Notes under the pieces: generated by a model
The model's input: the letters and a program-made list of their open reading frames with translations, nothing else
Database searches by the model: none
Told to the model about the DNA's origin: nothing
Position numbers and translations under genes: made by a program
In this document: piece by piece, positions 1 to 9,030 of the stretch
Layout: every line of letters begins with the position of its first letter
How positions within the stretch are numbered: the stretch's first letter is position 1
NCBI GenBank assembly: GCA_021773305.1
Contig: JAJFKH010000104.1
Span: forward strand, 1,172-65,171
DNA from: Gammaproteobacteria bacterium
Lineage (GTDB): Bacteria > Pseudomonadota > Gammaproteobacteria > UBA1113
Length of the DNA: 64,000 nucleotides
Direction of reading: 5' to 3'

Positions 1-80
1 GCCTCATTACATTGTTATTGTTATACCACGCGACTCAATGACGCGGTAAAGCGTTCGCGTTAGATCCTGCTCTGCTGGCA

Positions 81-120
81 AAGCGCACTGCCACACGCAT
101 CAGTCTGTGGCAGTGCGCTT
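81..120. repeat. Perfect 14-bp inverted repeat (aagcgcactgccac / gtggcagtgcgctt) with 12-nt loop; stable hairpin downstream of the minus-strand gene 289-723
   Basis: Read directly from the sequence. There is no U-tract on either side, so it is not a canonical intrinsic terminator. Confidence 0.5.
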
Positions 121-288
121 ACTTCACCAAGTGAAAGCGAGGAAATAAAGCGGCTCGTTCAAGTACAGCATACTCAATATTTTCTCCAGATGAAAGTAGT
201 CAATTTTCACTATAAGCAACACCGTGCAGGTTGTAGACATTCAACCGTCACCGTACCTCTATCCAATCTATACTCATAATGGCTAATT

Positions 289-723
289 CTAAATTTTTTT
301 CTGAATATCAAACACCAATACACTTGAAAAATTAAACCCTCCAACCCATTGGGTCGCTGCCACCTGAAAGCTTTCCGGTAAAGCCAATACTTCTCCCCTA
401 AATGTCACCCCAAGAAAGTGATCGTGACAACTGTATCTTAAAATCATCATGTCATCTAAAGCTCCCTCTTCGGCAAGCTTAATCAAGCCAACGGCATCAC
501 CATCAGAAATATCTGTAGGCCTTAAGCGAGCAAATTTAGCCAGTTGCCCCGGTATCATCTCACCGGCTCTAATCAGCTCAAGCATCGAACCATCTTCTGA
601 TTTTACTTCAAACACAATCAAAGATGCTTGAGAATTATTAAATAAAGCAACATTTAATCCCGTACAGTGGCTAGCCAAGGCTACACAAGGAAAAAACAAT
701 AAACTAAAAATCAATCTATACAT
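289..723 (-). CDS. Hypothetical exported protein (144 aa) with N-terminal signal peptide (MYRLIFSLLFFPCVALA)
   Basis: ORF with a hydrophobic N-terminus typical of a Sec signal. No recognisable family. Confidence 0.5.
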   Translation of the reverse strand: MYRLIFSLLFFPCVALASHCTGLNVALFNNSQASLIVFEVKSEDGSMLELIRAGEMIPGQLAKFARLRPTDISDGDAVGLIKLAEEGALDDMMILRYSCHDHFLGVTFRGEVLALPESFQVAATQWVGGFNFSSVLVFDIQKKI

Positions 724-1543
724 AAAAACCTCTCTTCAAAAAAATAACATCCGAAATGGCAGGTTCTCCTGTTTTAGCATCGGCAGTTTCAACAATCAAG
801 TTTTGTGTTGCCTGATAGCGTTGATAGCAATGGCTATGTCCACAATAAACCTGAAGCTGAATGTTGGGATGTTGTAATGCAAAATTCCGTAAAACATCTC
901 CTGTTGCTTTGCTTGCAAAATAAGGGAGTGCATTATCATCACTAGGTTGATTGTGATGCCAACTGGACTGAGGAAAGGGTGGCACATGAGTTAATACGAT
1001 AATTTTTTCACAATCGGTAACGCTATTGAGTTTGTTCTCTAATAGCTTGCCATCTTGATCCGCATACCACTGCATTTTTTTTAATAAAGAATCTCGCCCC
1101 TGTTGAAGAGCCACAACATAATCTGCAATATACCGACTATCTAACAACGAAAGAAAACTATTTTCATAATCACCATAGCGACCATCAGCCCAACCATCAA
1201 CACCGAGAAGTGCAACGTTATCATCCAGCAACACATGGTCAACTTCATTCATCCACACTAACTTAATATGTTGTTGACACAACGCTCTGACTTCTTCGCA
1301 CACAGAGTTGACCTCCCGATGAAAATAGTCATGATTACCCAAGACAAAGTAAATATTTTTATTACAGTAACTTAATAATTCTTTTAATCGATGTGTCAAT
1401 GTTAAACCATCAGCAATGTCGCCGGTTAAGAAAATAGCATCTGCCTGACTTTGATAAATTTTTTCGTAAAATGTTTTTCTAGCGAGTTCTGATGGTACAT
1501 CAAGATGAGTATCACTGATCCAGCAAATTTTTAGTGATGCCAT
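716..1543 (-). CDS. Calcineurin-like metallophosphoesterase (CpdA/YaeI-like)
   Basis: Motifs ISDTHLD, TGDIADG and GNHDYF are typical of the metallophosphatase fold. Confidence 0.8.
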   Translation of the reverse strand: MASLKICWISDTHLDVPSELARKTFYEKIYQSQADAIFLTGDIADGLTLTHRLKELLSYCNKNIYFVLGNHDYFHREVNSVCEEVRALCQQHIKLVWMNEVDHVLLDDNVALLGVDGWADGRYGDYENSFLSLLDSRYIADYVVALQQGRDSLLKKMQWYADQDGKLLENKLNSVTDCEKIIVLTHVPPFPQSSWHHNQPSDDNALPYFASKATGDVLRNFALQHPNIQLQVYCGHSHCYQRYQATQNLIVETADAKTGEPAISDVIFLKRGFYV

Positions 1544-2247
1544 TGTTGCACCTCCCAGTTATCGTTAGACTCTGTCATCACAACAGCTACAATAAAATCA
1601 TCCTTGGGTGAAAAACTATAAATACTCCAGTCATGACTTGCTTCAGGATGCCCTACTACAGAAATAATTTTTGCAGGCTCTTTCGGTAACAAACTCACTT
1701 CGCAATCTTTTAATGGAAAGTGTAAACCCACTCCTAGTGCTTTTAACAATGCTTCTTTGCGAGTCCAACCTTGAAAGAAAGCTAGTTGCTGATCGGTTAA
1801 TGACACACTTTCAAGAGCTGCACTTTCTTTTGGTGAAAAATAGCGTCGAGCAATATCTAAGGCTTTTAATTCTTTTTTCACATACTCTACATCAACGCCC
1901 ACTTCACAGGTATCGGTTACAGCCAGCACCGCTATATCACCCGAATGAGAAAGGTTAAACCTTAATGAAGTTGCATGCCGCTTAGGATCTACATGAGGTT
2001 TCCCATGCTCACCATACTGAAAGTAGACATTTTCAGGCGCACAATCAAGATAATCAGCCAGTATCTGCCGCAAACCATATCGGGCAAGAATAAAGCTTCT
2101 TTGATGCTCAGGATAAACAAATCGTCTCGCCCGTTGCAATTCAGCTTCAGATAATATTTTCTCAAATTGATCTACCATAGACGTCTCTGCAAGCAAAGAA
2201 AACCACCAGATTTTACAGCTATGTCTCTGTTTTTGAACCATAATCAA
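1531..2247 (-). CDS. 4'-phosphopantetheinyl transferase (Sfp/EntD family)
   Basis: GKPHV, FNLSHSGD, VGVDVE and GWTRKEALLKALG (W/FxxKEAxxK) PPTase motifs. The true start may be the internal Met near 2178. Confidence 0.75.
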   Translation of the reverse strand: MIMVQKQRHSCKIWWFSLLAETSMVDQFEKILSEAELQRARRFVYPEHQRSFILARYGLRQILADYLDCAPENVYFQYGEHGKPHVDPKRHATSLRFNLSHSGDIAVLAVTDTCEVGVDVEYVKKELKALDIARRYFSPKESAALESVSLTDQQLAFFQGWTRKEALLKALGVGLHFPLKDCEVSLLPKEPAKIISVVGHPEASHDWSIYSFSPKDDFIVAVVMTESNDNWEVQQWHH

Positions 2248-2275
2248 CCAAACTCATACTGCTAGGGACTAGCAA

Positions 2276-2322
2276 TTGACAAAAATATTTCCTAAACTTA
2301 GTATTGAATCATAACATTCAAT
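2276..2322 (+). promoter_or_regulatory. Putative sigma70 promoter with an overlapping operator, upstream of the Cys-repeat peptide operon
   Basis: TTGACA (2276-2281), a 17-nt spacer, then TAGTAT (2299-2304). A 7-6-7 inverted repeat ATTGAATcataacATTCAAT (2303-2322) overlaps the -10 and transcription start region. AGGAG is 6 nt before the ATG at 2342. Confidence 0.4.
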
Positions 2323-2341
2323 CTATGGCTAGGAGTACACA

Positions 2342-2800
2342 ATGTCTAACAAGAAAGAAGCATTACCCAAGATTCGCCCTGTGATTGCTGCAATTGGTAC
2401 CGGTGTCGCTATTAGCCTATCGTCCATTGCTGTTGCAAACGCAGATCCGAACCCTTTTTCAATTACCCCAATGGCTTCAGGTTATAATCTGGTCAGCACG
2501 CATATGGATGACTCCATGTCTAATGGTGCTGCCACAGATGCTGCTAAAAAAGGCGGTAATGGCATTGTTTGCGGTGCTGAAATGCATAAAAATGGTAATG
2601 GCACCTGTGGTGCTAATATGGATAAATCTACCGATCCCAGTAGCACCGAAGTGAGAAAAGGCACTGATGGTAAATGTGGTGCCGGTAAATGCGATGCCAA
2701 TATGAGAAAAGGTGCTGATGGTAAATGCGGTGCCAATATGAAAAAAGGTGCTGAAGGTAAATGTGGTGCCAACATGAAAAAAGGTGCCAATGCTAGCTAA
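2342..2800 (+). CDS. Sec-signal-peptide Cys-repeat peptide, candidate RiPP precursor (bufferin/BufA-like). It has six Cys in K/T-C-G/D-A-x-M motifs encoded by 36-nt tandem DNA repeats (2684-2791).
   Basis: The N-terminal signal peptide ends in an AxA site (VANA). The core is a low-complexity Gly/Lys/Cys repeat. It lies immediately upstream of, and overlaps, DUF692 and DUF2063 genes in one operon. Confidence 0.65.
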   Translation: MSNKKEALPKIRPVIAAIGTGVAISLSSIAVANADPNPFSITPMASGYNLVSTHMDDSMSNGAATDAAKKGGNGIVCGAEMHKNGNGTCGANMDKSTDPSSTEVRKGTDGKCGAGKCDANMRKGADGKCGANMKKGAEGKCGANMKKGANAS

Positions 2801-3653
2801 GCATAGGTTACCACTGACAAATGAAAAACCTTGGCAAGGTTCGGGGCTGGGTTATCGCCCTCCCCTGAGCCGCGCGCTACTGCAACATTTACCTTCAGAA
2901 ATTGATTTTTTAGAACTTGCTCCCGAAAATTGGATCCACGTAGGGGGCAGACGAGCAAAAGATTTACAAATCTTAGCAGAACATTATCCAATAATTTGTC
3001 ATGGATTATCTCTTTCCATTGGTGGCCCGGCACCCCTCGACCAAAAGTTATTGAAGCAAATTAAAGAATTTTTACGACAATTTAATGTTCCCTGTTACAG
3101 TGAGCATCTAAGCTATTCGAATGATGGTCATCAGCTTTATGATTTGCTTCCTATTCCATTCACAGAAGAAGCTGTTTTTTATGTTGTCGATAGAATCAAA
3201 CAAACTCAGGATTTTTTAGAGCGTAATATCGCCCTAGAGAATGTTTCTTACTATTGCGCCCCCAGCAATGAATTAACAGAATTGGAGTTCATTACGGCGG
3301 TTTTAGCAGAATCTCAGTGTGAATTACTTTTGGATGTTAATAATATATATGTTAATAGCATCAACCATGGCTATGATCCAACAATTTTTTTAGAAAAACT
3401 TCAAGGATCAAACGTTGCATATATTCATATTGCAGGCCATGAAAAGATAAAATATAATTTAGCCATCGACACCCATGGCGCAAGGATAATTGATCCAGTA
3501 TGGGTGCTGCTCAAACAAGCTTACCTTCAATTTGGCCCTCTCCCCACATTACTTGAGCGAGACTCTGACATTCCTCCCTTGGAAAATTTACTCGAAGAAA
3601 TAGCCCAAGTAAAGGCCTTACAAGACAGTCAACGAGCTATCACCCATGCCTAA
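2784..3653 (+). CDS. DUF692/UPF0276 family protein (MbnB-like TIM-barrel iron enzyme of RiPP metallophore pathways)
   Basis: Family-typical motifs GLGYR...DFLELAPENW...HGLSLSIGG. The start overlaps the upstream stop by 17 nt, indicating translational coupling. Confidence 0.85.
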   Translation: MPMLAKHRLPLTNEKPWQGSGLGYRPPLSRALLQHLPSEIDFLELAPENWIHVGGRRAKDLQILAEHYPIICHGLSLSIGGPAPLDQKLLKQIKEFLRQFNVPCYSEHLSYSNDGHQLYDLLPIPFTEEAVFYVVDRIKQTQDFLERNIALENVSYYCAPSNELTELEFITAVLAESQCELLLDVNNIYVNSINHGYDPTIFLEKLQGSNVAYIHIAGHEKIKYNLAIDTHGARIIDPVWVLLKQAYLQFGPLPTLLERDSDIPPLENLLEEIAQVKALQDSQRAITHA

Positions 3654-4407
3654 CCCAAAAGTTCCTGAATTTCTACAAATTGAAAAAGAATTTGCTGCTT
3701 ATTTACGGGATCCAGAAAATAACCCCAAGCCCTCAGCCATTGATGCGGAACAAATTAATATTTATCAATCTCTCATTTTCAATAATATCAGTGAAATGTT
3801 AGCAAACTGCTTCCCTGTTATTTTTTCTATTTTGGAAGGCTTGCAGTGGCAACAGCTCATTCGTGCATTTTTATCAGAGCACCAAGCGGTACGACCTTTG
3901 TTTGTTGAGCTGCCCCTAGAATTTTTAACCTTCCTTGAAATACGTCATCCTTCTGAGAAGGACTATCCATTTCTCTTAGAGCTTGCCCATTACGAATGGA
4001 TTGAATTGGAATTGGATATCGCAGAAGAAAAAGCGCCGCCCCATCCTCTCCTTGATAAGGGTAATTATCTCACCGGCATTCCTCAAATGTCGCCTTTCGT
4101 TCGCATTTTGCACTATCAACACCCGGTGCAAAAGATAGGCAAAGATTACTTGCCTTCTAAACCATCTCCTGTACATCTTATCGTTTACCGCGATCAAAAT
4201 GAGAATATAAAGTTCTTCGAAACCAATGCAGCCTCCGCTAGACTTTTAGAACTTTTGTCCACAGAGCCTGGCATGGAGGGACAAGCCGCTTTAAAACAAA
4301 TCGCTGAAGAACTCCATCACCCCAAACCCGAAGCTATCATCAGCTTTGGCCAAGATATGCTTCAACAATTCCTAGAATTGGGTATCATTATTGGCGTTCG
4401 TGCTTAG
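3646..4407 (+). CDS. DUF2063 family protein (MbnC-like partner of DUF692)
   Basis: Fixed DUF692-DUF2063 gene pair with an 8-nt overlap. Size (253 aa) and N-terminal region are consistent with DUF2063. Confidence 0.7.
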   Translation: MPNPKVPEFLQIEKEFAAYLRDPENNPKPSAIDAEQINIYQSLIFNNISEMLANCFPVIFSILEGLQWQQLIRAFLSEHQAVRPLFVELPLEFLTFLEIRHPSEKDYPFLLELAHYEWIELELDIAEEKAPPHPLLDKGNYLTGIPQMSPFVRILHYQHPVQKIGKDYLPSKPSPVHLIVYRDQNENIKFFETNAASARLLELLSTEPGMEGQAALKQIAEELHHPKPEAIISFGQDMLQQFLELGIIIGVRA

Positions 4408-4452
4408 TCTTGCTATTATAGGCGCTCTAAATCATACCAAGCGGATAACAAC

Positions 4453-5271
4453 TTGAGCACAAAACACTCACGTCCATTCCTTAAATGGGCGGGCGGTAAA
4501 TACCGGCTTTTGCCAAAAATACTAGAAATCCTACCAAAAGGTAAACGTCTGGTAGAGCCTTTTGTGGGCGCAGGCTCGGTATTTCTTAATGCTGACTTCC
4601 AGCAAAGTTTACTCTCCGATTGCAATAAAGATCTCATCTCTCTTTATCAAACCTTGCAACAACATGGGCAAAAGTTTATTGATGATGCTAAGAGTTTTTT
4701 TGTACCCGAAAACCACAATTCAGATCAATACTATAAACTACGAGATCAATTCAACCGCTCATCTGACCCCTACAAACGAGCCTGCTTATTTACTTACCTT
4801 AATCGCCATGGCTACAATGGACTGTGTCGTTATAATTCAAAAGGCATCTTCAATGTTCCCTTTGGAAAATACAAAACCATACCATTTCCTGAAGACGCGA
4901 TGATTAATTTCTATGAAAAATCACAACAGGCAGAATTTATTTGCGCGGACTTTGAAACCGTCATGAAACAAACAAAGAAAAATGACATTATTTATTGCGA
5001 TCCGCCGTACGCGCCGCTTGATGGCTTCCCTTCATTTACAAAATACCAAGCTCAAGCGTTTAATTTTGACGAACAAGTAAGACTCACTGAAATAAGCAAA
5101 ATGATGGCAAAGAAACATCGAAAAATTCTTATTTCAAATCATGATACAGCATTTACTCGAGAACTGTACCAAGGTTCTAAAATTCAACACTTTGATGTGA
5201 TGCGACTGATTAGCTACAATGGCGAAAGAAAATATGCTAAGGAGTTATTAGCCTATTTTGATGAAACTTAA
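4453..5271 (+). CDS. dam: DNA adenine methyltransferase Dam
   Basis: FLKWAGGK AdoMet motif and DPPY catalytic motif (IIYCDPPYAPL). Confidence 0.9.
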   Translation: MSTKHSRPFLKWAGGKYRLLPKILEILPKGKRLVEPFVGAGSVFLNADFQQSLLSDCNKDLISLYQTLQQHGQKFIDDAKSFFVPENHNSDQYYKLRDQFNRSSDPYKRACLFTYLNRHGYNGLCRYNSKGIFNVPFGKYKTIPFPEDAMINFYEKSQQAEFICADFETVMKQTKKNDIIYCDPPYAPLDGFPSFTKYQAQAFNFDEQVRLTEISKMMAKKHRKILISNHDTAFTRELYQGSKIQHFDVMRLISYNGERKYAKELLAYFDET

Positions 5272-5358
5272 AAATTCCTTGAACTTGTTTTTCTAAAGTA
5301 AAAACTGGATTATTTTCTGGAATATTGATAGCCATTTTACTTTATTCTCCATTATAGT

Positions 5359-5380
5359 ATAGCCCCCTTAGGGGGGCTAT
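5359..5380. terminator. GC-rich hairpin (atagccccc-ttag-gggggctat) between the convergent dam and mdh genes; putative bidirectional terminator
   Basis: Perfect 9-bp stem with a 4-nt loop read from the sequence. Flanks are AT-rich but there is no clean U-tract. Confidence 0.45.
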
Positions 5381-5392
5381 TGATATTGCTCG

Positions 5393-6382
5393 TTAAATCA
5401 AATTCTTTTCTTTAACAGTGTCTCGCTCACTGCAAAGCTCTTCCAGAGTCATTTGTAAGCGCTCATCCCCATAGGTGTTATGCTCTAAACCTTTTACAAC
5501 CTTAAGCTCACCTTGCTCTACACGACATGGATAAGAATAAATTAAGCCTTCATCCACACCGTATTCCCCTTGTGAACATTTTGCAATAGAAAATGATTCA
5601 CCCTCTAGTGTATCATTGATTACGCTATGAACACTGGATACAATGGAGTTTGCCGCAGATGCCGCAGAAGATGCACCACGTGCTTTAATAATTGCAGCAC
5701 CTCTTTGTTGAACTTGAGGTATAAAATCATTCTTTAGCCAATTCTCATCATCAATCACACTGACCGCAGAGGTTCCATTGATTTTTGCATGGTAGAAATC
5801 CGGATACTGTGTCGCCGAATGATTGCCCCAGATTGTCATTTCCGTCACAGCTGAAATATCAACACCCGCTTTACTGGCCAACTGATAACGAGCGCGTTTT
5901 TCATCTAATGCTGTCATTGCAAAAAATCTATCATTAGGTACATCCGGAGCATTATTCATCGCAATTAAACAATTTGTATTACAAGGATTTCCTACAACCA
6001 AGATGCGAACATCATCAGCGGCGTTATCATTGATCGCTTTTCCTTGTTGAGTAAAAATGCCACCATTAATTTGCAATAAATCTGAACGTTCCATTCCTTG
6101 CTTGCGGGGCACAGCGCCAACCAACAATGACCAATTTACACCCTTCATGGCTTCATTTAAATCCGATGTCATCACAATATTGCCTAACAAAGGAAAAGCA
6201 CAATCATTTAATTCCATCGCAACCCCTTCCAAAGCAGGCATGGCTTGCTCCAACTCTAACAAATGTAAATCAACTTTTTTATCTGGGCCAAACATTTGTC
6301 CTGATGCAATACGAAAAAGTAATGCATAGCCAATCTGTCCTGCGGCACCAGTAATAGCCACTTTTATATTGTTACTTGCCAT
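5393..6382 (-). CDS. mdh: Malate dehydrogenase (NAD-dependent, LDH-like type 2)
   Basis: N-terminal Rossmann motif [21 protein letters not shown] and full-length similarity to MDH. Confidence 0.9.
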   Translation of the reverse strand: MASNNIKVAITGAAGQIGYALLFRIASGQMFGPDKKVDLHLLELEQAMPALEGVAMELNDCAFPLLGNIVMTSDLNEAMKGVNWSLLVGAVPRKQGMERSDLLQINGGIFTQQGKAINDNAADDVRILVVGNPCNTNCLIAMNNAPDVPNDRFFAMTALDEKRARYQLASKAGVDISAVTEMTIWGNHSATQYPDFYHAKINGTSAVSVIDDENWLKNDFIPQVQQRGAAIIKARGASSAASAANSIVSSVHSVINDTLEGESFSIAKCSQGEYGVDEGLIYSYPCRVEQGELKVVKGLEHNTYGDERLQMTLEELCSERDTVKEKNLI

Positions 6383-7212
6383 TATTCATCTCCTCTCATT
6401 AATTTTGAAAAAAAATCCAACCATTTTTGCTCGCGGGTTCCACAAGCAAAAAAAGCTGGATTCAATAGGTTGGGTTTTTGGTTATAACGAAAAGGATCCC
6501 CCTGCTCATCACACACCAAACCACCCGCTTGCTCTACAATACATTGCGCCGCAGCAGTATCCCATTCAGACGTTGGCCCCAAACGAGGATAAAGATCCGC
6601 TTCTCCTTCAGCAACGGCACAAAATTTCAATGCGCTTCCGTAAGTGATAACCTTAGGATCACCTAAGCTAGATAATAACGTTTGTAATCTTGAATGCCCA
6701 TGATGACGGCTCGTGACAACGAATAAAGGGTTAGACGGATCATGACGGCTACAAATTGCAATAGGTGCGTCCTCCCCTTGTTGCTTATATGCACCGCCCC
6801 CTTGCCAAGCGAAATAACTGTGTTTAAAGCAAGGCATATGTACAATCCCAAGAACCGAATGCCCTTTTTCAATCAAAGCAATATTCACCGTAAATTCATC
6901 ATTACCTTTAATAAATTCTTTGGTTCCATCCAGGGGATCAACCAACCAATAACGCTCCCAACCTTGGCGCTGTTCATAAGGTATATCCGCGTCTTCCTCG
7001 GATAAAATAGGCCAATGGGGCGTTAAATTATTAAGCCCTTTTTTAATGACTTCATGAGCCATCAAATCTGCACAAGTCACAGGGGAGCTATCACTTTTTG
7101 TCTGTATTTCCATTGACTCGGGATGCTGGTAAATCTCTAAAATGGCAAGTCCTGCCATGGTTGAGATTTCAAGCAATTCAGGCATTAATTTTTTGTAGTT
7201 AATCATCCACAT
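6382..7212 (-). CDS. cysQ: 3'(2'),5'-bisphosphate nucleotidase CysQ (inositol monophosphatase family)
   Basis: [20 protein letters not shown] and [12 protein letters not shown] motifs match CysQ/IMPase. Confidence 0.85.
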   Translation of the reverse strand: MWMINYKKLMPELLEISTMAGLAILEIYQHPESMEIQTKSDSSPVTCADLMAHEVIKKGLNNLTPHWPILSEEDADIPYEQRQGWERYWLVDPLDGTKEFIKGNDEFTVNIALIEKGHSVLGIVHMPCFKHSYFAWQGGGAYKQQGEDAPIAICSRHDPSNPLFVVTSRHHGHSRLQTLLSSLGDPKVITYGSALKFCAVAEGEADLYPRLGPTSEWDTAAAQCIVEQAGGLVCDEQGDPFRYNQKPNLLNPAFFACGTREQKWLDFFSKLMRGDE

Positions 7213-7852
7213 GCCCCTTCGCTAAAGCCAACTGCGCCATAAACAATGCCGCGATACTGCGTGACTCTGTAACATCACTCTGCTCTAGCAATTCAGGCAA
7301 ATTATCCAATTTCCAGGGCACGATCTCTAATGATTCAGGTTCGTCCCCCGGCAATTGTGAGGAATAAAGATCTGTCGCCAATATCACGGTAGTCATGGCA
7401 CAAATATAACCCGGAGCCAAAGACAACGTTCCCAAATTTTGCAATGCTTTTGCGCCATGACCCACTTCTTCTTGTAATTCACGGTTGGCAGCATGCAAAA
7501 CATCTTCATTTTTTTCGATAAGTCCTTTGGGCAGACCAAGCTCATAACGATCAGTTCCCGCCGCATATTCTCGCACTAACAGCACAGTGCTCTGATCTAT
7601 CATGGGTACAATCACCACAGCACCATAACCCCGGCTGAGCAGCCGTTCAAAGGTTCGTTGTTCACCATTGCTAAATACCAACTCGACTTGTTCGACTTCA
7701 AACAAACGGCTTTTAGCAACAATCGTTGATTGCACTACTGTTGGTTTTTTTTTCACCAAAAATCCTGAATAACACCCATCGGTAATCTCATCATTGTAGC
7801 AGCTCAAGGCTAGCAAAAATAGCTCAGCTAGGTTAACATGAACAAAAATCAA
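7199..7852 (-). CDS. nudE: NUDIX hydrolase (ADP compounds hydrolase NudE-like)
   Basis: NUDIX box GLPKGLIEKNEDVLHAANRELQEEVG. It is adjacent to cysQ, as in many gammaproteobacteria. The start is probably downstream of the ORF-track start. Confidence 0.7.
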   Translation of the reverse strand: MIFVHVNLAELFLLALSCYNDEITDGCYSGFLVKKKPTVVQSTIVAKSRLFEVEQVELVFSNGEQRTFERLLSRGYGAVVIVPMIDQSTVLLVREYAAGTDRYELGLPKGLIEKNEDVLHAANRELQEEVGHGAKALQNLGTLSLAPGYICAMTTVILATDLYSSQLPGDEPESLEIVPWKLDNLPELLEQSDVTESRSIAALFMAQLALAKGHVDD

Positions 7853-7867
7853 ACATGAAGTTGAGCA

Positions 7868-9028
7868 ATGGCAAATTTTTTGGACACACCCCCTCTAGGA
7901 CTATACATTCATATTCCCTGGTGTATCAAAAAATGTCCTTATTGTGATTTTAATTCTCACACGAGCAAGAATGAAATCCCAGAAAAATCCTACATCAATG
8001 CATTGTTAACGGATCTTCACTCAGAAATGGCGGACGTTGGGCCACGCCCCATTTCCAGTATTTTTATTGGTGGTGGCACCCCCAGCCTTTTTCACCCAGA
8101 CAGCTTTTACACACTCTTAGAAGAAATTCGCCAGCGGTACACTCTCAGTGAAAACTGTGAAATCACCCTAGAAGCAAATCCTGGCACGGTAGAACAACAT
8201 CGATTTGCCGGTTTCTTCCAAGCTGGCATTAATCGATTGTCTCTAGGTATTCAAAGCTTTCAAGATAAAAAACTGACTCAGCTAGGTCGAATTCACGATA
8301 GTAGCCAAGGGCAAAAAGCAATTATCGCTGCAAAGCAAGCAGGATTTGATAATATCAATATTGATTTAATGTTTGGACTGCCCAATCAGTCAATTCATGA
8401 TGCGATGCATGATTTAACCATGGCTTTACAATATGAAACGATTCACCTTTCCTGGTATCAACTCACTCTAGAACCCAACACTGTTTTTTATCGTTTCCCT
8501 CCTACCCTGCCAGAAGATGATATTATCTGTGATATGGCTTCCCAAGGTAAAAAACTTCTAGAGCAACATGGCCTCATGCAATATGAAGTATCAGCCTATG
8601 CCAAGAAGCAATGTCTGCACAATCTAAATTATTGGGAGTTTGGCGATTACATCGGGATCGGTGCGGGCGCTCATGGGAAAATGACAGATATTCATCGACA
8701 ACAAGTAGTTCGTCAACGTAAAATTAGGCAGCCCTCTGGATATCTTAATAGTAACCCCAATTTTCTTGCAGAAAAAAATAGACTTTCTAAAGAGGATTTA
8801 TTTTTTGAATTTATGCTAAACGCATTACGCTTAGAAAATCCTGTGAATCTTGACGTTTTCATAAAAAGAACTGGATTAAGTAAAGAGTATATTGTCAATA
8901 AACTCATACCGGCTCAAGAAATTGAGCTGTTAACTGTTAATGACACTGAATGTAAACCCACAGCTCAAGGGAAGCGATTTTTAAATAGTTTATTAGAACT
9001 TTTTCTGCCTGAATCGAGTGTAAAATAA
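7868..9028 (+). CDS. hemW: Radical SAM heme chaperone HemW (coproporphyrinogen III oxidase-like)
   Basis: CxxxCxYC radical-SAM motif (CIKKCPYCDF) and HemN-like C-terminus. Confidence 0.9.
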   Translation: MANFLDTPPLGLYIHIPWCIKKCPYCDFNSHTSKNEIPEKSYINALLTDLHSEMADVGPRPISSIFIGGGTPSLFHPDSFYTLLEEIRQRYTLSENCEITLEANPGTVEQHRFAGFFQAGINRLSLGIQSFQDKKLTQLGRIHDSSQGQKAIIAAKQAGFDNINIDLMFGLPNQSIHDAMHDLTMALQYETIHLSWYQLTLEPNTVFYRFPPTLPEDDIICDMASQGKKLLEQHGLMQYEVSAYAKKQCLHNLNYWEFGDYIGIGAGAHGKMTDIHRQQVVRQRKIRQPSGYLNSNPNFLAEKNRLSKEDLFFEFMLNALRLENPVNLDVFIKRTGLSKEYIVNKLIPAQEIELLTVNDTECKPTAQGKRFLNSLLELFLPESSVK

Positions 9029-9030
9029 AT

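Noticed and set aside
2385..2790. Alternative-frame and antisense ORFs overlapping the Cys-repeat peptide gene
   Set aside because: They are generated by the 36-nt repeat periodicity. The sense frame alone has a signal peptide and operon context.
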